From a virus (taxonomy: Duplodnaviria; Caudoviricetes), in the IMG/VR virus record IMGVR_UViG_3300014208_000023, positions 192,001-256,000 of that record: a stretch of 64,000 nucleotides of DNA; one strand, given 5' to 3'. The translations under genes were made by a program, and so were the position numbers. The notes below the pieces were generated by a model that saw only the letters and a program-made list of their open reading frames with translations, searched no databases and was not told the DNA's origin. Position 1 is the first letter of the stretch; every line of letters begins with the position of its first letter. This document shows, in pieces, positions 11,601 to 20,850 of this stretch.

Positions 11601-11633
11601 TATTTGGTAATTTTTAACTCTTGTATTGGCCAT
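8616..11633 (-). CDS. Collagen-like fibre protein with interspersed globular beta domains (one BclA-CTD/C1q-like)
   Basis: Roughly 120 uninterrupted Gly-X-Y triplets (about 9872-10980; [18 protein letters not shown]) plus four shorter collagen blocks. A domain with [12 protein letters not shown]...[10 protein letters not shown] resembles C1q/BclA-CTD. A GGDLATG module resembles the GGDL modules in 49860..51341. Confidence 0.85.
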   Translation of the reverse strand: MANTRVKNYQINATGIGGAGGGATGPQGPQGSAGATGSIGPIGPTGTIGPTGQIGPAGQIGPTGSVGATGPAGNPANYGTLSVTDNVTGQTLTTTDTFYKITALDTVANAFGTTPSASTSDITINIAGWYKLAASITFHTDGANKDYEWTIFINGVEHINARARAASQGTGQNTSISITDLNFLSANDVVDIRVRGISISGGTVLTVVDANFSLFTIGGNATGATGPAGPQGSPGSTGSVGPQGVEGPTGTIGSTGPTGPQGQQGIQGSAGATGSIGPQGPTGTIGSTGPTGPQGQQGSIGPTGSIGPQGPTGTIGSTGPTGPRGSTGTIGSTGPQGQQGSAGATGSIGPQGPTGTIGSTGPTGSIGPQGIQGPTGSIGPQGPTGTIGSTGPQGQQGSAGATGSIGPQGPTGSIGTVGATGPIGPQGQQGSAGATGSIGPQGPTGTIGSTGPTGPQGQQGIQGPTGSIGPTGSIGPQGIQGPTGTIGSTGLQGPQGSAGATGSIGPQGLQGSAGATGSIGPQGPTGTIGSTGPTGPQGQQGIQGPTGSIGPQGIQGSPGPTGSIGTQGSPGVTGPAGPTGSIGPQGPGGGFSGINVLDDDVLKGNVTAFNFVGAGVSAVATSTTTGTVIQVAIPGGGGGGVTGPTGPVGPTGSIGPQGATGPIGGVDVMPLSFLIATGHRQPTGSTFTAIPSTYINITLGVAANTMWDYSMQLLASGTLGPAQVETRWVIDGVAKRENQVMVHTGPVQVNSIAGVSLAAGSHTGFIEWRKIANSRIVSLDKASFRAVSMEGVIGPAGAQGSPGPTGSIGPTGSIGPAGPTGPAGGPIGPTGPAGPPGTLQLGGDLATGPTGATVKQLSGYSMLGVSGSGNIDVLGSRTTNRSTIKGRTYTDEVEFTTTATGWQPMYAYTIDTTAVTNLDGVINGVSSGAAQAAVFKRSFTLRHDGATAWAIPSGSTCVDNGSKQDNSFWNATMTYTGATGICFVRGSNTTINWYGIFQRMEGGNS

Positions 11634-11637
11634 TGGG

Positions 11638-12222
11638 TTAAATTATTTCAAAGTAATCTATTGTTAAGACATCATCGGGATATGGCGGCGCAACAAATAC
11701 AATTGTATCATAACCAGTTCCAAGCCCTCCGCTTTCAGCAACAAAATAGTCTTCAGGAATATGTTGTCTTAACCCATTAACAAATAATACTTCTTTAAAT
11801 TGAGATGTATGTTTGAATTTTGTTAAAGTTGTAAATGTAATATTAACATTGTTTTGTGTTCCAATTAAAGAAGAATCTTGCACATCAAATCCTCCAGTTC
11901 CAATAGTTCCAGTTACTTCTAGCCCATTAATAATGCCTGCTGATTGCAAAAAAGATTTATGAGCGTCATTAAACTGTAGCAAGTCTATATCGCTTGATAA
12001 TACAGATATTTCGCCAACTCTAATTTTATGTTGAAGCTCTCCTTTTAGAAGCGATGATCTTATATCAGACTCAGACACTCCTGGAATTGCTAAAAGATCT
12101 CTAGATTGTCCAAATGGTATTGGATAATTGAAAATAAATATAGTTTTTTTAGGATTAGAGTTATTATTTACAACAAAACCGCCATTTATTTTTTGGAAAG
12201 GCGCAAATTCATTTAATGGCAT
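11638..12222 (-). CDS. Hypothetical virion structural protein
   Basis: C-terminal LFVNGLRQ...DYFV...TIVFVAPP...DVLTIDY beta-rich module of the kind seen in phage fibre proteins; co-oriented with the collagen gene. Confidence 0.45.
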   Translation of the reverse strand: MPLNEFAPFQKINGGFVVNNNSNPKKTIFIFNYPIPFGQSRDLLAIPGVSESDIRSSLLKGELQHKIRVGEISVLSSDIDLLQFNDAHKSFLQSAGIINGLEVTGTIGTGGFDVQDSSLIGTQNNVNITFTTLTKFKHTSQFKEVLFVNGLRQHIPEDYFVAESGGLGTGYDTIVFVAPPYPDDVLTIDYFEII

Positions 12223-12990
12223 TTACTCTTCCTTCTTCGATTCGTTCCCGATTTCCTTTACTTCTTCAGACTCAATACTGTCAGCAATAGTTATGTTTAT
12301 AGATCGTTTAACATTCTTATTTTCTTTATTGGCCTTTACATTGCCAAATAATTTTTCCATCAATGAATCCTCCTGGACAAATGATGGTTGTTTTATGATT
12401 GGCATTGGTTGGTCACTGGTCTTACTAATTTGATCTTTTAGACGATAATTTGCATACAAAGATTTATGCATTAATTTCTCATCTCTACTAAGGAGAACGT
12501 TTCTAATCTCTTCTTCCGGTAATCTTTCTATATCAGCTGAGGCTAATCTATATCGTAAATAAAGTAACTCATCAAGATAATCAAATTGTGGCTTGAAAAA
12601 ATCATAATCTTTCTGCTCAACGCGCAAAGTATTATCTACGGCATTACATAGAATTCTAGAATTACTATCTAGCCAATCTGGATCGCCTATAAATTGGTCT
12701 TTAATTAAATCTACGGCAGTTTTGACTTTGAATAGATTTTTAATCTTATTAGATATTTCTGGAGAAATGAATGGCTCGCTTCTTTGATAATTTTGAAGAT
12801 TGCGCCGCGGATTAACTGTCGTCTCGGAATTGATGCGTCTAGTGTCAAAGGCTATTTTAGTCATACCACTGGGCAATGCTTCAAAAGCCTCTCTGATTTT
12901 AGAAAGATTAGTGGATTTTTCAGATCTTTCTTCGAAAGAAGCGTGTAATTTCAACAAATCTTTATTTAAGCCAAGGAAAAATAAGCTCAT
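12223..12990 (-). CDS. Hypothetical protein
   Basis: 255-aa ORF that tiles with its neighbours; preceded by a RATA-N6-YATW motif at 12999-13012. Confidence 0.6.
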   Translation of the reverse strand: MSLFFLGLNKDLLKLHASFEERSEKSTNLSKIREAFEALPSGMTKIAFDTRRINSETTVNPRRNLQNYQRSEPFISPEISNKIKNLFKVKTAVDLIKDQFIGDPDWLDSNSRILCNAVDNTLRVEQKDYDFFKPQFDYLDELLYLRYRLASADIERLPEEEIRNVLLSRDEKLMHKSLYANYRLKDQISKTSDQPMPIIKQPSFVQEDSLMEKLFGNVKANKENKNVKRSINITIADSIESEEVKEIGNESKKEE

Positions 12991-13020
12991 TCTAGGAATA
13001 TGTCAAAGTATCGATAGTCT

Positions 13021-14304
13021 TCAGCTAGAGAATACTTTTAGATACATATCGGCAACTTTTTCCCACGAATTCTCTATTAGATGTTTGTTTTGAATATCGA
13101 CCTGATGTTTTTGTGCTTCTTTAGAAGAAAATAATACATCAAGCTCTTTGGCTATTTCTTCTGGAGTATTGGCCTTAATGCTGGGTAAATCCTGGAAATG
13201 CGGTATGCCGGATGTTATAATAGGCACTCCCTTGGCCATAGCAACTCTACAAGCCCCGCTAGCGCCAAATACAAGGTGTTTTGGGTCGGTTCCATAAGGA
13301 AATACGGCAACCTTATTTGTTCTCAAAAAAGAATCTATAACAATTTCAGATTGAAATCCCCTTATCAAACTAATGTTAGATTCAACATTAAGCGTTTTTG
13401 ATAGCTGAACCAGCTCTTCATAATAAATTTGATGTTCAATTCCGTTAAATGGTGATTCAGCAAGTAGGCCAGTAAAAAATACATCAGGATACTTGTCCTT
13501 AAGGATTGCCGTGGCCTTAATACAATCCTCAAATCTTTTATATCTAAAAGAAAATCCTTGCGTAACAAATGTATGGTCTGATTTATAGAAGTTCCATAAC
13601 TTTGGTAAGTTTTGATTTATAAAGCATCCATGTGGAATAACATATACTTTACCGGCAACTTCTTTATTGATCTTAAGAACTTCTTTGGCTCCTTCGCCAT
13701 GAACAACAATTTCTGGTATGCAAGCTTCAACGATAGTTTTATCTTCGTGATAAAATATGGAATGCATGGTGACTATGATTCTATATTTTGATAGCCTACT
13801 TATAAATGATAGCCAATATCTAGCGTTGGGAAATAAACCAAATTCGTGTTGAATTAAAATAACATCAGGCTCATATTTTTCTATCGCCTCTATTAACTCA
13901 TCTAATTGTTCTCCTCGACGCCAGCATTCTATAACTTGATCTTCTTCTGCAATTGTGTTGTCGATTATATTTATGTTCTGCGTAGGAGAGTTGTTATATT
14001 CTATGAATAATTTAAAATCAGCAACTTTCTTTGATATCTCCGGAATAAGTGCCTCAGCATATGTACTTATTCCACACTTCATTTTCCAATTATTAATGAA
14101 TGCAACTTTTAGTTGATCTGACGGCTTTATTGCTTTTCTTAATTCAACCTTATCATTTTTCAAATGATAGTTAAGCATTAATTCTTGAGAAGATATGCCA
14201 ATAAGCTCTTGTGGAAGCTCAATAACTGTCAAATCATCATTAACAAAAAAAGCATTCGAGATAATGCGAATGCTTCCATTTTTAACCCCAACAAAACGAG
14301 GCAT
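13021..14304 (-). CDS. Glycosyltransferase, GT4-like
   Basis: KCGISTY, IQHEFGLF, VTMHS, VIPHG, GASGACRVAMAKGVPII. Confidence 0.8.
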   Translation of the reverse strand: MPRFVGVKNGSIRIISNAFFVNDDLTVIELPQELIGISSQELMLNYHLKNDKVELRKAIKPSDQLKVAFINNWKMKCGISTYAEALIPEISKKVADFKLFIEYNNSPTQNINIIDNTIAEEDQVIECWRRGEQLDELIEAIEKYEPDVILIQHEFGLFPNARYWLSFISRLSKYRIIVTMHSIFYHEDKTIVEACIPEIVVHGEGAKEVLKINKEVAGKVYVIPHGCFINQNLPKLWNFYKSDHTFVTQGFSFRYKRFEDCIKATAILKDKYPDVFFTGLLAESPFNGIEHQIYYEELVQLSKTLNVESNISLIRGFQSEIVIDSFLRTNKVAVFPYGTDPKHLVFGASGACRVAMAKGVPIITSGIPHFQDLPSIKANTPEEIAKELDVLFSSKEAQKHQVDIQNKHLIENSWEKVADMYLKVFSS

Positions 14305-15288
14305 CTATTCCTTAGATATAATAGTTCTAACCTTATCTTTTAGGCTACTGAAAGCATCCAAATTTATTGCCATATCAGTAGTTTTGTCATGTAGGCTTTT
14401 AACAAATAATACATCATCAATTGCAGTTAATATTGCAGATTTAGATGTTCTATAAAAATCTACATTTTTAGTAAGTGTAGCATTAAAATACTTTAATTTG
14501 TCGTGATGATGCAGATTAATGCACGGAGTTTGTGTTATATCCGCCATAACCAATCCGTGATATCGTTGAGATATAATTAATTCGTAAGAAGAACATAGTT
14601 TTGATAAAGATACAAAATCATATTCCTCAAATGGCAATATATTTAATTTGCCATGTGTCATCTTGTTTGCTATCTCGGCTGCCGCAAAATCATCTTTGTG
14701 ATTAGAGTTTCTACACATTGGCAAAACGTCAATAGAGTGCTTATGATCAATAAGAAATTCGAAAGTTTGGGCACACTCTGATTTAAAATATTCCCACGCA
14801 GAGTGCTTCCACGCAGCATCATTCCATTTTGAAACAGTATGAGAGTTTGGCAAAAACAGTATGGATTTTGGTTTTGCTTTCTGCTTGTCGACTTCATCAC
14901 TTAACGCATATACTAAATCTGGACAGTAAATAGCATTAGCATTCAGTGCTTTGATTTTATCTATAGCGTGTATGGATCTTATGCAGACAAAACTGGCTTT
15001 TTGAATTAGAAACTTGTGCCACGGATGTATAGATGTCTCCGCACCTACTCCAAGATAAACAATGGGTTTAGATGGAAGCTTTTCCAATAACTCCTTTGGA
15101 ACATTTGGTTGGCCATCTAAAAACGATCCTCCACCGAGGAATAGGGCGTCGTGACTTTCTAATAACTCTGCCGTTATTTTTTCAGAGAACGTGAATTCAT
15201 ATTCTGGAAATAATTTTTTATATGCTTCAATAAATAAATTGTCTCCGATGTTCGATTTGTTAAAGAACCCATAGACAAGTATTTTCAT
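14305..15288 (-). CDS. Polysaccharide pyruvyl transferase family protein
   Basis: YGFFNKSNIGDNL, LFLGGGSF, VYLGVGA, CIRSIHA, CPDLVY, ISQRYHGLV. Confidence 0.85.
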   Translation of the reverse strand: MKILVYGFFNKSNIGDNLFIEAYKKLFPEYEFTFSEKITAELLESHDALFLGGGSFLDGQPNVPKELLEKLPSKPIVYLGVGAETSIHPWHKFLIQKASFVCIRSIHAIDKIKALNANAIYCPDLVYALSDEVDKQKAKPKSILFLPNSHTVSKWNDAAWKHSAWEYFKSECAQTFEFLIDHKHSIDVLPMCRNSNHKDDFAAAEIANKMTHGKLNILPFEEYDFVSLSKLCSSYELIISQRYHGLVMADITQTPCINLHHHDKLKYFNATLTKNVDFYRTSKSAILTAIDDVLFVKSLHDKTTDMAINLDAFSSLKDKVRTIISKE

Positions 15289-15291
15289 ACT

Positions 15292-15630
15292 TTAGTATAT
15301 AACGCTATATGAAATTTCTCGAACGTTTCCTACGTCGTAAGATATTATTAACTGATAGGCTCCACACTCTTCAATTAATTCCCAGTGTAATGTATCATGA
15401 TGTGGATTACACGGATGACAGGGATGCGAGTTAAATTGATCAGTAAAATGCACAGAAATAAATTTTGGCATATGTGACTGGCATAGATCGATACCAACTT
15501 TGCCGCATCCATTTACAAAAAAGTCTCCATCCATTGTGTGATTGCGAGCTTTATGTTTTTTAAGCATGTAGTATCCTATATAAGTGGCAGATAAAATCGA
15601 GCTTACGACGAGAAGCATGTACAATATCAT
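15292..15630 (-). CDS. Small hypothetical protein with a hydrophobic N-terminus
   Basis: 112 aa; N-terminal hydrophobic stretch, Cys/His-rich middle. Confidence 0.45.
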   Translation of the reverse strand: MILYMLLVVSSILSATYIGYYMLKKHKARNHTMDGDFFVNGCGKVGIDLCQSHMPKFISVHFTDQFNSHPCHPCNPHHDTLHWELIEECGAYQLIISYDVGNVREISYSVIY

Positions 15631-15663
15631 TGTAACCTTATATTCGTTTATGCTCTTATTTTA

Positions 15664-16371
15664 TTAAGCATTAACATAATTTGGATTAACATTGGTTTCA
15701 CCAGTGCATCCAATTATTTGATAACCAAGCGGACTTAAAGCGGAATTAATTACTTCCTTAACTTTATTTGGTCCAACTTTAATTCTATCAGAATTATATC
15801 TAATAGTAACATTCTTACCTTCTACATCAAGACGTAACGACCCTTTAACTCCCTGAACGCTACTATCAAGCGCTGCAACTATATCGGCTGGCAAAGCATC
15901 ATCGGCCTGATTAGCATCTTTTGGAGCTGGTTTTGGTGCTGGCCTGGGAGAAGGCTTGGGAGAAGGCTTTTGATTTTTCTTGTCCAAAGGATCTGGCGGA
16001 AGGTCATCACATAAAGGGTCTCCTTGAAGACATTGCGCCAATTTATGAAAATTAGAGAAGTTTTTACGAAGCCTTGCAACTTTCTCTTCTGATTTTATAG
16101 ATGCAGTTACAATCACTCTAATGGCAGGATTAATTTTTTGAACCACAGCCCTTATTGCAGTCTCAATTTCTCCTCTGGATTTGCCGGCAGTAGTTAAGTC
16201 TTTGGCGCTAACATCAATTTTGACATCGCTAGCCGTGACCATAACGGTACTATCAGTGCTATTTGGAAGCAACTGATTTAAAGCCGCATCAACTGCAGCT
16301 TTAACGGTAGTAATTGGATCTTGAGAGATTTTATAGAATTTTGACGCTATCTTAAGTAAATCATTGACCAT
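15664..16371 (-). CDS. Putative inner-head protein (true start probably MVNDLLKIASK at 16371)
   Basis: The track's 5' extension (to 16449) reads through a terminator and poly-T run. Contains KISQ and KLAQ sites and a Pro-rich linker. Confidence 0.6.
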   Translation of the reverse strand: MVNDLLKIASKFYKISQDPITTVKAAVDAALNQLLPNSTDSTVMVTASDVKIDVSAKDLTTAGKSRGEIETAIRAVVQKINPAIRVIVTASIKSEEKVARLRKNFSNFHKLAQCLQGDPLCDDLPPDPLDKKNQKPSPKPSPRPAPKPAPKDANQADDALPADIVAALDSSVQGVKGSLRLDVEGKNVTIRYNSDRIKVGPNKVKEVINSALSPLGYQIIGCTGETNVNPNYVNA

Positions 16372-16403
16372 ACGAAGATGCTTTAAAATGTATAGAAATA
16401 AAT

Positions 16404-16441
16404 AAAAAAAAAAAAAACGGAGAGCATTTTCATGCTCTCCG
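16404..16441 (-). terminator. Strong intrinsic terminator after the cement-like gene
   Basis: Perfect 10-bp stem CGGAGAGCAT/ATGCTCTCCG with a 4-nt loop, followed on the minus strand by 14 T. Confidence 0.9.
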
Positions 16442-16475
16442 CTTTTCAAGCTAGGAGATAAGGCCTAGCTAGCTA

Positions 16476-17168
16476 TCAGGTAGCTGCGCCTGAGAACCAG
16501 TACGTCGCCATCGTGAAACGATTGGCTGATACCGATGCAACTGACCCTGAAGGTGAGTTGAGTGCAGCGACAAGATTGACTGGCGTATTGACTAGTGAGC
16601 CATTGCTTGAGAACTCGACGAGGCGAGCAACCGCAGTCGCCCCACCGCCGGCCGCGCCCTTGGTTGAACCGACTGGCGTAAGCAATCCGAGGACTGAATA
16701 CGTTAGTGGAGCATTTGGGGCTAGGGTTGCGTTTGAAGGAACTAGTCCGTCAGTCGCGGTATCACAAGCATCGAGGGTCGTAGCATAGAACCCTTGCTGA
16801 CCGTAAATGGTAACTTTACCAGATCCAGCAGCCGTGTGTGGTCCGAGTACCGCTCCGTTAATAACTTGCTGTCCAGTCTGTCCGCCAACAACCTGGCCGA
16901 ATAGAGTTCCGTAACCAGTCGTTCCTTCATCAGCAAGGAATAGTGGTTTCGTACCGGCGGCCATGGCAGTCGTTAGAACGGCGCGTTGTTTGCTGGTCGT
17001 ACCAACATATCCGTCTTCAACGTCAGCAGCTTCGAGATCGATGCTGGTGCCGATTGCAGTTGCGGTGAAGGTAACTAATTCGCCACCCTTGAGGGTAGCG
17101 GTTGGCGCGTCGAGACCGTCGAAGTCGCCGTAGGGCATTAAGCCTGATTGTTTTAATACTAGAGCCAT
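16476..17168 (-). CDS. Capsid decoration/cement-like protein
   Basis: Gly/Ala/Thr-rich beta protein with higher-GC codons, its own promoter motif, SD and terminator (suggesting high expression). Aligns by eye with 23647..24348 (LADEG vs IADDV; GSGKVTIY vs GSQMVTIW). Confidence 0.55.
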   Translation of the reverse strand: MALVLKQSGLMPYGDFDGLDAPTATLKGGELVTFTATAIGTSIDLEAADVEDGYVGTTSKQRAVLTTAMAAGTKPLFLADEGTTGYGTLFGQVVGGQTGQQVINGAVLGPHTAAGSGKVTIYGQQGFYATTLDACDTATDGLVPSNATLAPNAPLTYSVLGLLTPVGSTKGAAGGGATAVARLVEFSSNGSLVNTPVNLVAALNSPSGSVASVSANRFTMATYWFSGAAT

Positions 17169-17222
17169 TTTATTTTCCTATTTTCCAAAAACTTTCACCT
17201 GTTGGTCTTACAAATCTAAATT

Positions 17223-17236
17223 AATATACATTTATT
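17223..17236 (-). promoter_or_regulatory. Candidate late promoter RATA-N6-YATW (one of 10 copies)
   Basis: AATA-aatgta-TATT upstream of the cement-like gene; the other copies are listed in findings. Confidence 0.55.
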
Positions 17237-17267
17237 GCCAGATTTCATAAAATAATTTGTATTTTAT

Positions 17268-18629
17268 TTATTTTCCCCATATACTATTGATAAATTTCAT
17301 AGTATCTTCGTCTGGCTTATGGCCGATAAGGTCCCAAATACTGTTCTCTTGCTTGGCTTTTTGGGCATTTTCAGTGGGTTTTACCTCTGTTGGTTTCACT
17401 TCCTCTTTTGTGGGTTCCGCTTTATTAGATTTTGCTTCTTCTACTGATTTATTTACGATTCCAGTCATAGTAGCTTTTAAATTATCTATTGCTATGGATA
17501 ATGATTTGAATGAATCTCTTACGTCTTGAATATCATTTGCCACGCCAGGGACCTGTAAATAACTAACTGCTTTAGCAAAGGATCCTTGCTTGGCTTTTGC
17601 TTCGAAAGTTTCTTTTATTTTTTCAAATGTTCCAAGCATATCAATGAATATTTTTGAATCATTTTTTACTTCCTGTATTTCATTTGGAGTAACTGGCTCA
17701 TTCTTAATAGATTTAGATTGAACAGTATTTAAAATTGTAATATAATCATTAGAGGCCTTAACTAATTTGCCCATAAAATCTTCTACGGTTTTGAAATACA
17801 CTTCTTCTTCTGGAACGGCTTTTTTTAAATCACCCATCTGATTTAAAAGATCTGCAGAATTTTCTTTAATGTTTTTTACTTTTGGACTGGTATTAAAAAT
17901 ATATCCCTCAATACCACCAATTGTTCCGCCAATTAATGCTCCAACGCCAGCACCAGCAAGCGATAGCGGCCCTCCCCAAGACGTAATAATAGCGCCAACG
18001 AGCGCTCCGCTCGCAGCCCCAGCCAATGCTCCTTCGCCAACTCCGCCAATATCACTAACTAGCTTGTCGCCCTTATTTCCACCGACAAAATCTACCGCCT
18101 TATGTGCGTAGTCTCCAAGATCGCCTAAAAAATCAGCTTTTTTTTTAAACCCATCTAGGCATTCGTCTGCCAATGCGCGAAGCTCTTCTTCGTCTGCATT
18201 ATCCATATCGTTACCAATACGAATTAGTTCCATCGCCAAATCTTTTTCGGCGTCTTTTAAGAACATATCGGAGCTGCCAGATGGTGCCTTGGAAAGAATC
18301 TTGTTAATGATTATGTTTTGACGCTCGTTTATGTTTTCAACCAAAGCATTAATCTTATCATAAGATGGAGCAACAACTACCGCATTTGGATGAGCATACT
18401 CCGCTATATTGTTCTCATATTTAATATAGCTTTCTGGCTTAACGCCATATAATGCTTCTATGGTGGAAATATCATCAGATCCAACACGAGGATACGTTTC
18501 ACTTCTATAATTTTTAAGCTCTTTACTCTCTTTTTCTTTTTTCTTTTCTTCAGCAGCAGTCTTAACTAGGCCTTTTTCTTCGGCAAGTTTAGCATAAGCC
18601 TCAAACATTTCACTTTTTCGTTCTCTCAT
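17268..18629 (-). CDS. Putative inner-head/ejection protein with a glycine-zipper membrane segment
   Basis: VKTAA and KKAD sites; GALAGAASGALVGAIITSWGGPLSLAGAGVGALIGGTIGG; AHP module shared with 21878..23614. Confidence 0.5.
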   Translation of the reverse strand: MRERKSEMFEAYAKLAEEKGLVKTAAEEKKKEKESKELKNYRSETYPRVGSDDISTIEALYGVKPESYIKYENNIAEYAHPNAVVVAPSYDKINALVENINERQNIIINKILSKAPSGSSDMFLKDAEKDLAMELIRIGNDMDNADEEELRALADECLDGFKKKADFLGDLGDYAHKAVDFVGGNKGDKLVSDIGGVGEGALAGAASGALVGAIITSWGGPLSLAGAGVGALIGGTIGGIEGYIFNTSPKVKNIKENSADLLNQMGDLKKAVPEEEVYFKTVEDFMGKLVKASNDYITILNTVQSKSIKNEPVTPNEIQEVKNDSKIFIDMLGTFEKIKETFEAKAKQGSFAKAVSYLQVPGVANDIQDVRDSFKSLSIAIDNLKATMTGIVNKSVEEAKSNKAEPTKEEVKPTEVKPTENAQKAKQENSIWDLIGHKPDEDTMKFINSIWGK

Positions 18630-18655
18630 GGTTTCCTATATTATATGCTTGTATA

Positions 18656-19717
18656 TTAGTTTTTGGGCTTATCTTTAAGATATCCATTTATGATGTAGCT
18701 TACGATATCAATTTTTCTTTCAAAAGGTTTTGGAAAAGAGTATATATCTAATGATTCTGCCAATAGATTTCTGTCTTTAAACATTTTTTCTACTTGAATA
18801 AAGTTTTTAGAGCTAGTAATTTTATTTTCTTCATTTTTAAGATCTGGAAATGCCGATTCAATCCATTGAATTAGATAAGACCTAATATTTCCAATATTAC
18901 CGCGCTCTAACCATACTGTTTTCGGACCATTACTATTAAACTTATATAGATCTCTATCTACTGACGGAGATACCGTAAGATCATAAATTGGCTGGCGACC
19001 CATTGGAGCAGAGCTTGCCTCGCCATCATCTTTTTTTGGATCAGTAGTTATACCTATAGCTCCTCGTGCTGCCCCAGCAGCAGTGGTGAGCCCAATGCCG
19101 GCTATGGCGGTAGTAATTGCAAATGGAATAATTTTCCTGAATAGTTTAGACAATATTCCGCGTGATGTTCCGGCAGCCATTCCTAGAACGCCAGACCGTT
19201 TAATCATAGACGTAATGCTAGAGGCACCAGTAGATGGCGGAAGTTTGTCTTGAGAAGGATTATTTTTGGCCTTATCGTAGGCTTCTTGTAATTTTTCCTC
19301 ATCAACAGTATTGCTTACGTGCTGCGATAAAGCATCATCAGTAGCCTTCTCTATTTTAGACTGCAACTCTTCTTTAGTTGGCTTGGCTGCAGATGGATGT
19401 ATAGTATCTCTAATTATTTCCCATACGGAATTTTTTAAAGATTCCCAGATGCCAGCCCAATCAAATCCAAGCGCACCGGCAACTTCATAAGCAATTCCCA
19501 TCCAAGGAAATCCGAGCCTCATAAGTAGTGGTCCTCCCAAAAATGCCGCAAGACCAGCAAATGGGCGCTCTTTTATTTCATCCCATTTTTTTCCAGCATA
19601 TTCGGTTATTCCAGATAATATATTGTCAAAAGTGCTACCGCCTTCAGCCAAAACAATCATTGGAGATTGTTCCTGATAAAGCTTGTTAATATATAAGGTT
19701 GCTGCTAGATAAGTCAT
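18656..19717 (-). CDS. Putative ejection protein with two hydrophobic segments
   Basis: FAGLAAFLGGPLLMRLGFPWMGIAYEVAGALGF and IIPFAITTAIAGIGLTTAAGAARGAIG. Confidence 0.45.
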   Translation of the reverse strand: MTYLAATLYINKLYQEQSPMIVLAEGGSTFDNILSGITEYAGKKWDEIKERPFAGLAAFLGGPLLMRLGFPWMGIAYEVAGALGFDWAGIWESLKNSVWEIIRDTIHPSAAKPTKEELQSKIEKATDDALSQHVSNTVDEEKLQEAYDKAKNNPSQDKLPPSTGASSITSMIKRSGVLGMAAGTSRGILSKLFRKIIPFAITTAIAGIGLTTAAGAARGAIGITTDPKKDDGEASSAPMGRQPIYDLTVSPSVDRDLYKFNSNGPKTVWLERGNIGNIRSYLIQWIESAFPDLKNEENKITSSKNFIQVEKMFKDRNLLAESLDIYSFPKPFERKIDIVSYIINGYLKDKPKN

Positions 19718-19719
19718 TA

Positions 19720-20850
19720 TTACAGCGGAGAGCTGGCTCCTCCAGTTGATTGGTGTAGCGCCGCCAACTTGCTAGCAGCGCTATTAAAGTTTAATTTATA
19801 TGATGTTGCCATTTGAAACTGACTGCTTAATGATTCGTTTGTTGCAAACATTGGTACGGTTCGCAATATACCTATAAAATTTCCTACGGCCACCATCATA
19901 GATGCAAGTCCAGAGGCAATTTGAGACAGTTCAGAATATGTATATGCATCATTTGATGGGTGACTTGGAATCCCTGGGGCATTTATTTTTGTTGCTGGGT
20001 TCGTAGGCATAGTTATTTCTTGATCTGGAATTGCGCTATTAAATGTGTTTTTTATATTGTTAGCAATTTCAATGCCAGTATCATTTGGCTCACACGCAAA
20101 TCCAGTTTTTTCTGGAGATTTATAAGTCAGTCTTTTTAAACGCAATTGAAGATTATTCATACTAGAAGTTGCGGAATCTAAAGCTCTCTCTATGGTTCCT
20201 CCGCTATTCTCATATTTTTTATACATTTGCTCAATTTGGACCGCTCGTTTATAGATATCAACAAAATCTATATTAATGCCGTCAAAAATTTGAATTGAGG
20301 CTGATTGCCCAGTAGATGGCTGCTGACCCCGACCTGCAGCTGGCTGTCCTGGCTGTCCTGGCTGTCCAGCCGCTTGCTGTCCTGGCTGTCCTGGCTGTCC
20401 TGGCTGTCCTGGCTGTCCTGGCTGTCCTGCTGTGGCCGCTTGTTGCACCGGTTTTGGAGGGAAAATATCCAGTTTTGTATTGAGAACTTTATTTTGGTTT
20501 GCCTCTTCAATAAGCGCCCCTATTGATTCTGATACTGCTGGGTTAGACGCAAAACGATTTCTTAAATCTGCTAAAAATAAAGCGAGACCATCAGGATCAA
20601 ACTGCCCATTTTCAACTATACTATTTCCATCCACCGCAGCATTATTATTTTTTGCCCAATTTTTAAAATCATTTAATGATTCCATATCTTGTAATGTTGG
20701 ATTTTTTGATGCCTTAAGTGGAGATATTTGATTCTTTAGATTACTAATTATTTGAAGGGCAGCGCCGGTTAATTCTGCTGGAGGACTAGCTTGTGCTATG
20801 ACAAGGAGTTTTTCAAGTAAGTCTAAATCATTATATATAAAAGAATTCAT
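19720..20850 (-). CDS. Putative inner-head protein with a (GQP)n linker
   Basis: VIAQ near the N-terminus; Gly-Gln-Pro repeat; hydrophobic C-terminal helix. Confidence 0.45.
   Translation of the reverse strand: MNSFIYNDLDLLEKLLVIAQASPPAELTGAALQIISNLKNQISPLKASKNPTLQDMESLNDFKNWAKNNNAAVDGNSIVENGQFDPDGLALFLADLRNRFASNPAVSESIGALIEEANQNKVLNTKLDIFPPKPVQQAATAGQPGQPGQPGQPGQPGQQAAGQPGQPGQPAAGRGQQPSTGQSASIQIFDGINIDFVDIYKRAVQIEQMYKKYENSGGTIERALDSATSSMNNLQLRLKRLTYKSPEKTGFACEPNDTGIEIANNIKNTFNSAIPDQEITMPTNPATKINAPGIPSHPSNDAYTYSELSQIASGLASMMVAVGNFIGILRTVPMFATNESLSSQFQMATSYKLNFNSAASKLAALHQSTGGASSPL
20340..20426. repeat. 9-bp perfect tandem repeat (CTGGCTGTC) x3 + x5 encoding GQP
   Basis: Units at 20340-20366 and 20382-20426 counted directly. 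Confidence 0.95.

Noticed and set aside
9386-11780. Many short alternative-frame and antisense ORFs over the collagen gene (and similar ones over 16.5, 25.9, 27.8, 33.8 and 35.6 kb)
   Set aside because: They are by-products of repetitive or GC-richer coding on the other strand or frame; no SD, low-complexity translations.
16372-16449. 5' extensions given by the ORF track (also 23615-23701, 39366-39434, 54905-54940, 55875-55961, 56920-56964)
   Set aside because: They cross terminators, promoter motifs or upstream genes; downstream ATGs fit SD position, coupling or paralogue alignment better.
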